A DNA stretch of 64,000 bases from Oculina patagonica (GCF_052425735.1 NC_135769.1:33232001-33296000), one strand, 5' to 3'; counted from the first letter of the stretch, positions 38,262 to 50,627 are shown. The notes: generated by a model not told the origin, from the letters alone. Translations and numbers: made by a program.

Positions 38262-38879
38262 ATACACTACTTATTTGATACACTGTATGTAGTAATAAGG
38301 AAGTCAAAATTGGATAGTTCGGTGCTTCTTAGGGACATTATTTAGTTTTGTTCCACTGATTTTAGTCTTCGCCAAAGAATATTCGTAACTAAACTTCCTA
38401 AACAAGACTTACGATTAACATTTCTAACTCTCATCATCATCATCATCATCATAACCTTCATTTACACACGATAGGGCTTAAAGCACAAAGCTTGTGGGGT
38501 CGTGTATTATACTAAATATTACTCAATGCTAATCCCGGGGGGGGGGTACTCCCATATGTAGCCTATATAGGTATGTGCCGCCCGATAGGGTATGGTTTTT
38601 GAGGTTCTCAGTCCTTAAATAGGGTATCATTTTTGCTCCTTTTGGCAATGTGTTCCAGGTGTGATCCTTAGATAGGGTACCTAAATTTTATTAGCTAAAA
38701 TAAACGCCCAGCTAAACGAAAAAAATGTATCTTAAAAACTGAATTTTCTGTTCAGGTATTAGTAAAGCGATTTTATAAAGATCTGTGTCTTGCCGTGCTC
38801 GGTTATCCGTTATTTGCGTCGTCACGGAACGCTTCTCCTCCCCTTGAATAGGGTGTCATTTTTCAGTTTTGGGCCTTAA

Positions 38880-40792
38880 GGAGGCTCGATGTAGTTTTTT
38901 TAGCCGAAGAGTGGTTGTTTTGAAAATTAAAATTATCTAGGAAGCCAATCTTCGATTTTTGCCAAAATACACCATAATGATCAAATATGACCAAATTTTA
39001 ATTTTTTACCAGTCACTTTGTCACAAAGGTTACCATAGCAACCATTGACGTTTTCTTTTGTTCTCAAACAAGCTCGATTTTCTCGAAATCTAGATTGACT
39101 CTTGGTATTCATTTTTTTATATGTTCAAGTATAGTAGATTGACTACCTGTACACAAAATTTTAGGAAAATCTGTAAGAGCGTTTTAGAGTAAATCAAGAA
39201 TGAAGTTTTTGGTATTTTCTTATAGTTTCCTACAATCGGCAGTCGATATATTTTAACAAATTAAAGCAAAATGTCTTTCACTTTTAGTTAATGGTATTTG
39301 ATGGTGTAAGTATTTTTATTACATATATAGCGAGAATTTTGGGCAATAAACCTTGCAAATAGATTTCTATATTTTATATTTTCACATGTGAGAAAAGCGA
39401 TACGTCCAATCAGCTTCGCGTATAGCTTACTTCACATGTGAAAAATATAACCAATCAGCATCTAGAGTGGAACGACCCAACCAATCAGAGCGCGCGAACT
39501 CAAATGGTTTCCAAAAAGGTTGAACAGCGAGCGGCAAGTTTGCTCCCGACGGCAGTTTATGCTTGGAAAACATGACTTCTCGATTTGCTCCTTTATAAAT
39601 TAAACCTTGGTCTTTGGAGAACTTTATGAAAAGGCAGGCAAACAGGAACACCGAAAGGATACAGTAATGAGATGATAACGATAAAAATCATTCTTCAAAG
39701 GCGGAGCGAAGATAAGCGAAGTGTCGATAAATGAAAGCGAAGCCGGCGGACACCTTCAAACTGCAACGCATCCGCAGAATTCCTAAGAATATTCAAGCAC
39801 TCTTGGAAACACCATGGTAAAGTAGATTGTATTTCTTAATGTCGATTTACGTTGCTATTATATTGCTTAATTAACCGATTCCTAGTATTATCACAATTTT
39901 GTTCAAAATTCGCCTGCGTGGTTAGTCGATTCGCCTGTAGCGACGCTTACTCGATGCGATACCAAAAGTTTTGCTTTAAAAAATTAACGCCATGTGTTTA
40001 ATTAAATAAATTTTTTTTCAGGAGATTTTTTGTTGGCAGTAATTTTTCGAATTTGGTTAAAGGTGATTTCGCTTGGAAAGCGATGTGTATTTTGCTGCTC
40101 CGGCTGTTTTTCCTCCCTCTAAGGTCAAACTGTAATATGTCAAAGGTTCATGAATTAACTTTCGAGAAAAATCGCGTCAAGTTTACAATGGTTGAATTCT
40201 CGTTATATATATAATAAACAAATTACAGCATAGAAAGTGCTTTGTACGGATTTTTTATTCACTCGTTGCAAAACTTTGAAAAACTCACTCGTTCGCTTCG
40301 CTCACTCGTTCGTTTTTCCAAAGTTTTGCAACTCGTGAATAAAAATCCGTACGTAGCACTTTCTATGAAGTAATCTATATATATTTCAGTGAGAGTAACT
40401 GTGTTCAAATAATACGAAACAATTTTAAAGCGCCTATTTTATAGTAAAACGGTGTTTTGCTGAAAATTTCATTCTTGATTTACTTGAAAACGCTCTTACA
40501 GATTTTTCTAAAATTTCGTCAACAGTTAGTCAATCTACTAAACTTTAACATATCAAAAAATAAACACCAAGAGTCAATCTAGATTTCGAGAAAATCAAGC
40601 TTGTTTGAGAACAAAAGAAAACGTCAATGGTTGCTATGGTAACCTTTGTGACTAAGTGACGGGTAAAAAATTAAAAATTGGTCATATTTGATCATTATGG
40701 TGTATTTTGGCAAAAATCGAACATTGGTTTCCTAGATAATATTAATTTTCAAAACAACCACCCTTCGGCTAAAAAAACTACATCGAGCCTCC
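38880..40792. mobile_element. Kolobok-like non-autonomous element, ~330-bp TIRs, TTAA TSD (middle element)
   Basis: TTAA|GGAGGCTCGATGTAG ... CTACATCGAGCCTCC|TTAA; RR..YY termini with TTAA fit the Kolobok superfamily. Confidence 0.85.
39329..40376. mobile_element. Putative TIR-less element with a large subterminal hairpin, in a TATA run (inner element)
   Basis: Imperfect hairpin ~40229-40368; (TA)n at both borders; boundaries approximate. Confidence 0.5.
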
Positions 40793-40961
40793 TTAAATAG
40801 GGTATCAATTTTCGCTTACTTTATCCTTAAATAGGGTCAGGGTTTAAGAACCTTGGCGGCACACTCCTATCCGAAATTTATGAGAGTACCCTCCCCCCCC
40901 CCCCCCCGGGATGCTAATAAACTAATATATTCTAAATTACTACTAAATACTTATATAAGAC

Positions 40962-41810
40962 CACCGAACATGGGAACACAGGCATCAGATGGAAGTTCAA
41001 CAACTTCCTAGAAGATCTTGATTTTGCCGACGACCTAGCCCTGATCTCAAGCAGTGGAAGGCATATCCAGGCTAAAGTCAGCAACCTGGAGCGATATGCA
41101 AAAATGACAGGCCTCAGAATCAATGCAGCAAAGACCATGATGATGAGCTGGAACAACCCCGCAGGCAGAAAGGTCCAGGTCGATGGAAAAGAGCTAGAAG
41201 AGGTGTCAAAATTTGTGTATCTAGGAGGGACAGTGACCCAGGAAGGGGGTTCGGACGAAGACATCAAAAGCAGACTTGGAAAAGCCAGAGCAGCATTCAG
41301 CAAGCTTAGAAACATATGGAAGAGCAGCCAGCTGAAACTAACAACTAAGCTGAAGATATTTAAGTCCAATGTTGTATCTGTCCTGTTATACGGATGTGAA
41401 ACTTGGCGTATGACTAAACGAGATGCGACCAAGCTGGACGTATTTCTGCATAAAAGTCTGAGAAGGATTATGAAGATCTATTGGCCTATGAAAATATCAA
41501 ACGAGGAGATTCGAAAACGGGCTAACATCAGCACCATCAGCGAGCAAATCTTCCGGCGGCGCTGGAAGTTCATCGGCCACATCCTCAGAATGGATCCAAG
41601 CAAACATCCCAAGACGGCATTAACATGGGCCCCAGAGGGAAGGCGAAGGCGTGGCAGACCGAGAGAGACTTGGCGAAGAACTGCAGAGAGAGAAAGAGCG
41701 GCTTTGGGTTTTGGCTCGTGGAACCAGGCAGCGGTGGCTGCCCGTGACCGTGCAGCATGGCGGAGAAGAATGTCCGGCCCTATGCCCACTTAGGGCTTTG
41801 GACATAAGTA
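40962..41810 (+). mobile_element. 5'-truncated RTE-like LINE with ~70-bp target-site duplication
   Basis: LEDLDFADDLAL, GLRIN..KT, F.YLG, VLLYGCETW, W..IGH..R, GRP..TW; very short 3' UTR ending TAAGTA; direct repeat 40885-40961 / 41807-41877. Confidence 0.9.
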
Positions 41811-41992
41811 CCCCCCCCCCCCCGGGATGCTAATAAACTAATATATTCTAAATTACTACTAAATACTTATATAAGACTTATATACTGAACGTAACACTTT
41901 GTTTATGGTATGTGAGAACTTTTAAAACAATTGATGCTGGTCCCCGCGATTAATACTTTTAAAATAGCATTTCTACTGATGTGGATCTCCAT

Positions 41993-42907
41993 CTAATTGC
42001 GACCCGAAAATATATTTCGCAGTACAGCCATGGTAGCCTGTCGAATGTGTCGCATTTTCCAACAGTAAATAACAGGATTGAGAGTTGAATTAAGAAATAC
42101 CAGTGACGCAGTGTAAAGTAACAAACCATTTGTAACTGTACTTGAATCTGATATGGCACTGACAACAAACATGCAATTTTGTGGCAAATAACAAAGAAAA
42201 AACATGAGGTATACGTAGAACGTGCTGAGGGCAGTTTTTCTGAGGCTTGCAACATGTGTTACCTCGTCAAGTTCCAGTTGTTGTTCTTGTATTGGGAGAG
42301 TTTGAGTTTGATTGGTGTGGTTCCGTACGACTACAAAGATATTACAGTAAATCAATGTCGTCGTTAGAAAACAAACAACATCAACAGTAACAAAAATCGC
42401 GTAAGTAGCCATCTTTGGTAACAATGAAGTTAGCGAAAGAATTGCACTCAACACCCAAACTGAGATCACCACAGCAACAACCCGCTTGTGAGTCACAAGT
42501 TCCTGATATCTGAGATGAAGTTGAATAGCCAAGAATCTGTCTGCACTTATGGCCACAACACCAAAGAACGAAGCGAAACAGAAAAAGATTGTTAACATAG
42601 TAAAGGCACCATAGGTGGCGCAATTAGAATTGTTTTCTTGACATTTTCTGACCATCAGTTCGATGTAAAAAGGTTGAACCAGTAAACCAACACCAAGATC
42701 AGAAACAGCAAGACTCAGGAGCAATGTTTTTAAAGGCTTTGGCAACGACGAAGTTTTCCTTATCGCGTGGATTGTTACAATGTTCAACATGATGGCGGTG
42801 TAGGATGAGAAGGCATTGAACACAGAATTAGCGATGAACGATGAATACAGCGGGTCTTCAGCTTCGAAACCTGGGTGCAGAAATTCGTCACATAAAGGAT
42901 TTGCCAT
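41993..42907 (-). CDS. Intronless class A GPCR (gene 7)
   Basis: 304 aa; SLAVSDL, DRF, HLRY, CYLP, NSTLNPVIY. Confidence 0.93.
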   Translation of the reverse strand: MANPLCDEFLHPGFEAEDPLYSSFIANSVFNAFSSYTAIMLNIVTIHAIRKTSSLPKPLKTLLLSLAVSDLGVGLLVQPFYIELMVRKCQENNSNCATYGAFTMLTIFFCFASFFGVVAISADRFLAIQLHLRYQELVTHKRVVAVVISVWVLSAILSLTSLLPKMATYAIFVTVDVVCFLTTTLIYCNIFVVVRNHTNQTQTLPIQEQQLELDEVTHVASLRKTALSTFYVYLMFFLCYLPQNCMFVVSAISDSSTVTNGLLLYTASLVFLNSTLNPVIYCWKMRHIRQATMAVLRNIFSGRN

Positions 42908-43784
42908 GATCTCTAGTTGTTATAGAGTGGTAAATTGCAATGTAAAATTCGTGTTTGAATGTCTTTTGTTTTAACACTTCTATGTCTGGAACAGGTGTGT
43001 AAATATTACTCATGTTTAAGGCGCCTCAAATGAACGCCAGTGACAGAGGGGTAAGGCTGGTACAGAACAAAAATGGGAAATTTTTTTATGTGTTGTTGAT
43101 TTACGTGTGTTTGTTAGGTTGAATTATCGTCTGTTCTGGATGCGCACGCATAGTTGTACTTTTTGTGAACAGAACGTCTACGATATTTGGTCTGGTTTCA
43201 GGTAAAGCAACCGAGTACAAATAGTTTTTCAGCAAGATATCTTAATAATATATATTTATTCATATTTCCGCAAAAATTAATAATAACAAAGAAGATCTAA
43301 ATTTTTAATAAACTCGAGATCCGCTGATATGAATATTTGTTTTCTTCGCAACCACCGCAGAAAATGCATTTTAAGCACTTGGGTATATTACAAAACCAAT
43401 CCATTGAGATTTTCGTTTTTACAGGAAAACGGGTGGCCTTTAATACATTCATTATAATGGAGCTGGGATGTTCCAAAATAGATCTTCTTACTTGTTATTA
43501 CTTGCAATTGTCCACTGTTCACTGTAAACTTTGTAGTTGCAATAAAACAATCTGCAGTGCAAACGATTTGTACTGCATCATTCGAATGCAATGTTCTTTT
43601 TTTTACTTTAAAGCGGTTCGTTACCATGATGTCATCATTACCCACGCGTCCTTGACATGTCTATCTAAAAGTTTACTGGTTTGGATAGAGTTCCTATAAA
43701 AGCTACGAATGAAGGCAGAAGGTTGGACTGAACAGTAGACGATAAAATTGGTACAAATATTTGATCAGGATTACTTATATACTT

Positions 43785-43786
<2 letters not shown>

Positions 43787-43820
<34 letters not shown>
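43787..43820. repeat. (AAT)n microsatellite
   Basis: Direct reading. Confidence 0.9.
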
Positions 43821-44554
43821 CCATGGCTCATTGCGCTTTACAATAAAATATTTTTTTAAAATGAAATTTACTTAAAAAATTTACATCAGTGATAAAAGGA
43901 AAATACTAACAAATAAAATAGCTAAGCTGAAAAAATGGAAATAATACTAAGAATCATTAAAGCCTTTAAATGAAAAACTAACTCATTAACTAACTATCTT
44001 AACTAATTAACTAAGTAACTAACTAACTGTCTAACTAAAATTTCTTTAGTCGAGGAAAACACAATCGGAGTACGAGTACGAGATCAAGGACAAAGACGAC
44101 CTTCACGAATTCCATCCAGTTACATTCCCATAACCCTAACTCCTCCCTGTTGCTGACCAGTTGAAAAGGAGACTATCGGTACGAGATTGGTGTGAAATCT
44201 CGTCCTTGTTGTTAAGAATACGAATGGTCCTTTTTTTGCGCCCGCGCATGATGTTTCACCGCAACAGCCCATGAGTTACCAAATTTCTCATTAAAGTAAT
44301 GATCAATATATGAAATAAAGATAATCATCACTTGTGATCTTGATGCACCAGCAAATTCCAGAACTGTCACTTCAAGAATGTAAGGGAGAATTGGTATTTA
44401 GGAGCTGGTAAAATCAAGTCAAGTCAACTTTATTTAGGCAGGGGGGCCCAATCAGCACTTGGCTGGTATCAACAGGGGCCCTGCGAAAATTATGGTTGGT
44501 ATTTAGACTATTTAAGATTGCACATACATCCCATTTGATAAATAGCGCCACTTC

Positions 44555-45475
44555 TCAGTTTTGAGCTGTAAATCTATTTCGCAATACGTTCATGACAGCT
44601 TGTCGAATGTGTCTCATTTTCCAACAGTAAATCACTGGGTTAAGAGACGAATTCAGAAACACAAGAGTCCAAGTGTACAAGAAAGCACCGACGAGAGTAG
44701 TACTTGGTCTGAAGATTATACTTAAAACAAGAGTGCAATGCTCTGGCAAATAGCACACCAAAAACACAAGGTATACATAAAATGTGCTGAAGGCAGATTT
44801 TCTCAGCCTCGCAATATTTTCCATTTCGAAATTCTGTGCTACTTGATGTACTTGCAGGGTTTGAATTTGGATTGTGTGGCGTCGTACGGCTGAATAAATC
44901 TTAAAATAAACAATTGTTGTACAAATGAAACAAAAACTTGAAAGAACAGTGATCACCAAGGAGGTAATCTTTGTAACCCGTAAATCAATTAAGGACAGAA
45001 GTGCGCTTAACACCCATATTAAGATCACCATGGCAACCACACGCTTCTGTGTCACAAGCTCCTGATATCTGAGATGAAGATGAATAGCCAAGAACCTGTC
45101 CACACTTATGGCCAAAATTCCTAAAAACGAAGCACTAGAAAAGAAACAAAATACAGTAAGGGACGCGGTATACATGGCACAAGTAGGGCTGTGTTCCGTG
45201 TTTCCTTGTAACCACTTGACCATCAGTGCGATGTACAAAGGTTGAACCAATAAACCAACACCAAGATCAGAAACAGCAAGACTCAGGAGCAATGTTTTTA
45301 ACGGCTTTGGCAACGATGAAGTTTTTCTCATCGCATAGATTGTTAAAATGTTCAGCATAATGGCGGTGTAGGATGAAAAGGCGTTCATCACACAATTAGC
45401 AATGTACGATGAATAAAGCGGGTTTTCGGCCACAGAATCCAAGTGCAGAAATCCGTTACAGAATATATCTGCCAT
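44555..45475 (-). CDS. Intronless class A GPCR (gene 8)
   Basis: Family motifs; first true ATG at 45475 (MADIFC); the ORF track starts at a TTG at 45484. Confidence 0.92.
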   Translation of the reverse strand: MADIFCNGFLHLDSVAENPLYSSYIANCVMNAFSSYTAIMLNILTIYAMRKTSSLPKPLKTLLLSLAVSDLGVGLLVQPLYIALMVKWLQGNTEHSPTCAMYTASLTVFCFFSSASFLGILAISVDRFLAIHLHLRYQELVTQKRVVAMVILIWVLSALLSLIDLRVTKITSLVITVLSSFCFICTTIVYFKIYSAVRRHTIQIQTLQVHQVAQNFEMENIARLRKSAFSTFYVYLVFLVCYLPEHCTLVLSIIFRPSTTLVGAFLYTWTLVFLNSSLNPVIYCWKMRHIRQAVMNVLRNRFTAQN

Positions 45476-47343
45476 ACTCTCCAATTCTCGTCACAGGTAG
45501 AAAATTTGAATGCGCGTCCTTTTTGCTCTGAGTGAGTTTTACCCGAAATGTTTCTTTGCCTGTGACAGATGTCTCGGACTCCACTCGTTAGAAAACTCTT
45601 TTCTTGTGCGATCTGAACTGAAGTCGAAAGACAAATTTTCAAAAGGAGCAATAACGTTCGTCCAGTGGGGAAAATAATGTTTTTAAGTCATATTTGTATG
45701 ACATGTTTGTTTAAGAGCTCTTTGATGCTCTGTCTGTGCGCGCGTGTTCCACTTATTGGAACAAACTGTAACCAGACCATTTGCAGAGTTAATGAGAATG
45801 AAAGTTTTGAAGCCTATCCAAAGTCTAAACACGAGGCTTGATAGCGATGTAAAATTTAAGGTATTTATCTATCATTGGATGGTATGTAGTTGGTTGGTTT
45901 ATGTTCATGCGGTGGTTATCTTTTTGTTAACGGATTCAAATGCAAACGTTCGCGGACAAACATCATTTCTACGTCACTGAACATAAACATTGAGCTCGGT
46001 TTGTGGTTTCAGCTGGACTACACTCAAAAGGCAAAGATTAAAAAAGCTCACGTTGTATAAATACACCGAGCGATATTTTATATTCAAGCGCTGGTTTGAA
46101 AGTCGAAATAGCAACTGTGTTTAACAAACTGCCATCCTTTTCCTAGCGAAAGTTTATGTCGAAACAGGCGTTTTCCTTCGGCCAAAAAGTCATTTTTTAG
46201 ATTCCTATATAATAATGCTACTAAATTGTTCAGAATATGTTTTTTTCTTGTCGAGATGATAGTTCTCAGTGAAAAATTAAGAGATTAACTCGGATTCGAA
46301 CTCCCAGTTTGAGTTTTCTTGCCTCGCATAAGTAAATTTCCATTAAAACTAAATTTCGATTTGAAATAGTGCTTCGGTTTTTTTGAAAACCAAAACCATA
46401 CAAATATTAGGCGGGTGATCATTTGATATGTGCATCCTAAGCCAAGATTCATGAAGATTGCCTCATTCCACTCAAATTACCTTATTTCCGTAAGTTTTTA
46501 ATATTAACTAACTCATCAACGTCATCTTGATTACAATCATCGCTGTAAGGCATTCTTTTGTGCTCAACAGAGTATGTGCAACATTTTTTAAATGCCATGT
46601 TTCTAAGAAAGCTGACCATCAGATAACTATCTCGTTTGAAGATTGAAAGTGATCGTAACGTTGTTTGCAGATCACGAGAAAGCTCGAAAAAATTCGAAAA
46701 CCGGAAACACCGGACACAGATGAAATCTTATTCGGTTCGTAATCGCCCACAAAACGACTCTGAGTGATCTGCTGCGCATTGAAAAAATTTTAAAAGCAAC
46801 AAAATCAGACAAATTACTTAGAAACGGCCAGCTACTATATGTAAACTAGTATTGACATGATCGAGACAGCTTTTATCAGATCTTTCAGTCGCACGAACTC
46901 GACACTTGAATTTGTTAGTGACAGAAAGGAAAAGAGAAGTCAGAAATGGATCATTGATAAACACGTTCATGTCTTATGGAAACTTATCACGTGACCATAT
47001 TACTTCAGAAGGATGAGTGCTAACATACAGAGTAAACTTATTGGACTAGCTGTATTGCTCTCGACCAATCAGAATCGAATGATTATGTTGGGTGTATAAT
47101 GAGAGACAGCAATGCTTTATATTTCTGTGCCGTTCAGCAGGCCTTAGGCCGGATGTCAAACGCTCAAAGCTCAACTCTCTGCCACCTTCATACAGATTTC
47201 ATGTGGATATTATTTTTATCTTTGCTGCTTTGGGGATGAGTTCATGATGAAATTTTTAAGTTTGCACTTCGAAAGCGAGGCTTGGTGGTAAGACTAGCCA
47301 GTCTGACGTAACCATGCACAAGGGCTGTCAATATCGGCTTTAC

Positions 47344-48261
47344 TCAGTTGTTACTTGGAAACATATTTCGCAATGTGTCAATAATAGCGTGTCGAATGTG
47401 TCTCATCTTCCAACAGTAAACCAAGGGGCTTAGAGATGAATTTACAAACACCAGAGTCCATGTATACAGTTCAAAACCTTCTAAAGTTATACTTGGTTCT
47501 CGGATCAGTATACTTGCAAAAGAAGTGCAATATTCTGGCAGATAACAAACCAAAAACACGAGGTATACGTAGAATATGCCAATGGCAGTTTTTCTCTGCC
47601 TCGTAACATTTCCCATTTCACCATTCTGTGCTACCTGTTGTACTTGCAGGGCTTGAATTTGGTTTGCGTGGCGTCGTACAGTGAAGTAAATTCTGCAATA
47701 AACAACTCCTGTAGAAATAAAACAAAGACCTGAAAAAATAGTCACGAGAATTCCGTAAGTAATAGCTGCCATCCACAAATCGATTAACGATAGAAATGCA
47801 CTGAACACCCAAATTGAGATCACCACAGCAACAACACGCTTGTATGTCACAATTTCCTGATATCTAAGATGAAAATGAATAGCCAAGAATCTGTCTACAG
47901 TTATAGCCAGAATACCCAGAAACGAAGCAATAGCAAAGAACCAAATGATAATAAAAGACCCGGCATACATGGCACAAGTGTGATTATCTTCACTGACCAA
48001 CAGTGCGATGTACAAAGGTTGAACCAGTAAACCAACACCAAGATCAGAAACAGCAAGACTCAGGAGCAATGTTTTTAAAGGCTTTGGCAACGACGGCGTT
48101 TTCCTCATCGCGTGAATAGTTAAAATATTCAGCATGATGGCAGTGGAGGAAGAGAAAGCGTTAAACACACAATTAAGGATGTACGATGAATAGAGCGGGT
48201 CTTTAGCTTCGGCAGTCCAGTCCTGGTATTGCAGCAATTCGTCACAGAAAGCATAATTCAT
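47344..48261 (-). CDS. Intronless class A GPCR (gene 9)
   Basis: 305 aa; family motifs; TM7 NSSLSPLVY. Confidence 0.92.
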   Translation of the reverse strand: MNYAFCDELLQYQDWTAEAKDPLYSSYILNCVFNAFSSSTAIMLNILTIHAMRKTPSLPKPLKTLLLSLAVSDLGVGLLVQPLYIALLVSEDNHTCAMYAGSFIIIWFFAIASFLGILAITVDRFLAIHFHLRYQEIVTYKRVVAVVISIWVFSAFLSLIDLWMAAITYGILVTIFSGLCFISTGVVYCRIYFTVRRHANQIQALQVQQVAQNGEMGNVTRQRKTAIGIFYVYLVFLVCYLPEYCTSFASILIREPSITLEGFELYTWTLVFVNSSLSPLVYCWKMRHIRHAIIDTLRNMFPSNN

Positions 48262-50085
48262 GGTTCTCGATTATTTTGAAGGGTACGCGCGTTTTGAAGT
48301 AATATTTTCCCTTCCTTTTCTTCTTGAATATTTTTTTAAACACGAGAGTACAGGTGTCTCCACCACATATAGTAATTACTTCATCAGAATATTGTTCTTA
48401 CTCGTTTCCATAAATGGTCATGGAAAAAGTTGCAAACAGCAATAGAGTTAATCCAACAAAAAACAAGGAAATGTTGTACTTTGTTGTTGCAATTGTGTGT
48501 TGATGTTTTTCTCTTTCATTTCTGTGCCCCGTTAATACGCATTTTAATTTTGTTGCTTGCGTCGTAAATTAACGGCACAACTTTCGCTGATTCTATTGGA
48601 GTATTATGATAATTTATTGCTTTGACAATGGACAAACATGCATTTGCGAATTAACATCGTCACTAGGCTGAACGTCTGGTTTTAACAATGAACTAGTTTG
48701 TAGATTGGATCCTCAATGTCTAATGCTCGGCTCCTATTTTTAGCTTAATTAACAAACGTCACGTTATTTGTCCTACACTTAACATCCGTACATACGTCAT
48801 TTGAAAACAAGAATATTGAGCGCGCCAATAACCTAACACAGGTGTTTCCGACCTGTCTATCTGAAATTAGCTGCTTTGAAAAAAGTTCCTCTTAAAGCTA
48901 CGGATAAAAACAGAACGTTAGATTATAAACGGGAAATTAATTGTCGCAATAAGTTGATCAAGAAAGCTATTAGACTTCAGAAAAGTAAAAAGCAATGTGA
49001 TGACAACTGCACGGAGACACCACAACGCGGGCTCATGAGTGATATATGTCTTATTCTCCTTACCATATCAATACATTGTCAGAAGAAAGGTGTTGAGAAT
49101 AGAGAAAATCATCAGCTAGCTAATCATCAGCAACCACGTTCTTGGAACTAGCACTGAACGAAATGCCAGATAGTTAGGTTAACTGTTGTTTCTAGTCAGA
49201 AATAAAGTTATTAGTTTCTAAGCTTCACTTTATCAACTAAGTAAAACACTTAGTTGATTACCAACTGGAAGTTGGTAAAGGAAAATAAACCGCGTAGCGA
49301 ATTTTAATAAGCTGACGTTTCGAGCGTTGGCCCTTCGTCGTGTTTCTTGTCAGAGACTGCAAGGGTTAGTAGTTAGAGGCCGAGCTAACATAGTTTTTTT
49401 GGACCGCACGTGTACACAGGAAGCTAGAAGGTTGACAAAATGTTAAAATCCATTTCTGTTTTCCTACCAGCATCGCAGTGGTCATTTTGCCAGTTTAATT
49501 TTCCTTCCTTTATATTGTGGCAATATCTTATTCATGATTAATAAGTCAAGTTATTCAAATTCAATATATCAGTGATTCTGTTCACTGTTGTTCAGCCAGG
49601 CATGTGCAAAGTTTCATATTTTTTGAAACTGTGAGACTAAAGATCAGCCGTTTACATCAAAACATTCGGAACAAAATGGAAATGAAACATGATAGATTAA
49701 TTTAATCCAGCAGTCAGGCACCTGCTGTAAAATGAGAATATACCTGCCTGTCAAGTTTAGTGGGTTGGAGCATTTCGTGTAGAAAGTCATTTCTGCGGCT
49801 GAATGACATTGTTTGTTTAATACAAATGCAAAAAACAAGTTCCGGCACATTGGAAAGTAATAAATGAACAAACCAAAATAGCAAGAGGGACGTGAGTCAA
49901 TTCTCCTTGGTGCATATCAACTACTTTAAGAGTCAAGTCTCTTTTTATAAATTTTTTATTAATCACATGGAGAGAAATTCAGTTTCCACCAAGCATTTTT
50001 CTCCGAGGTGATCAGGTTTTCATTCTCACAGCCTATCACACCCAGAATAATAGATAATTGTGTCTTCAGCATACACTGATGCTAA

Positions 50086-50311
50086 GTGACGGACCATTAG
50101 AAATAGCCAGAGGGTGGTGAATTTCCCCAAAAAAATTCCTGCAATGGAAACTTGTCTAAAAAGAAAATTCCTGCAAGCGGTTGTACCTGAAAAAAATTCA
50201 TGCAATGGAAAAAAACAAGTCCTGCAGACAAGTACGCCTTAACAAAACATTCGTGCACGGAAACTTTTTTAACTACCCCCCCTCCCCCGGTTATTTCTAA
50301 TGGTCTGTACC
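50086..50311. mobile_element. PIF/Harbinger-like MITE, TAA TSD (copy at 59071-59298)
   Basis: TAA|GTGACGGACCATTAGAAATA ... TATTTCTAATGGTCTGTACC|TAA; AAAATTCCTGCA internal repeats. Confidence 0.75.
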
Positions 50312-50627
50312 TAATCGACGAGTGCGATAAACACTGGGGCTAATCGTCAATGTCTGTCACAGACAGTATAACCAAGAGGGGGGTCCTGAGGAACGCCGAA
50401 GCCTAGAGGAAGGCTGGATGGTTTATTTCTTTCTATATAAAGTTCTCTGCGAACAGGTAGTCAGATAATTCCTGAACCAGCCGAGACTGTGCTCTCTAAC
50501 TCCGTACTGCTGCAGCTTTAACTATTATATTTTTTTAAGACAAATTATTATGTTTTCACCAGCAGGGCTCCTCTGCCTCTCTGGATCCCATCCAAGTTGC
50601 TGAATGGGCCATCCTGCCTTAATAAAG

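Larger units (their letters stand above)
38534..40910. mobile_element. Non-autonomous DNA transposon with CCCGGG(G)nTACTC termini and 8-bp TSD (outer element of nest)
   Basis: ATGCTAAT at 38526-38533 and 40911-40918; repeated internal motif CCTTAAATAGGGT. Confidence 0.88.

Noticed and set aside
29178-38390. Penelope RT plus repeated exon copies as a diversity-generating retroelement
   Set aside because: The RT is an ordinary, inactivated Penelope-type enzyme, and the cassette differences are not adenine-specific.
40932-41805. Antisense ORFs over the RTE element (also those over Penelope and the GPCRs)
   Set aside because: Shadow frames of real coding sequence.
46288-46307. B-box-like GGAGTTCGAATCC on the minus strand as a tRNA or SINE
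   Set aside because: No A-box or cloverleaf visible.
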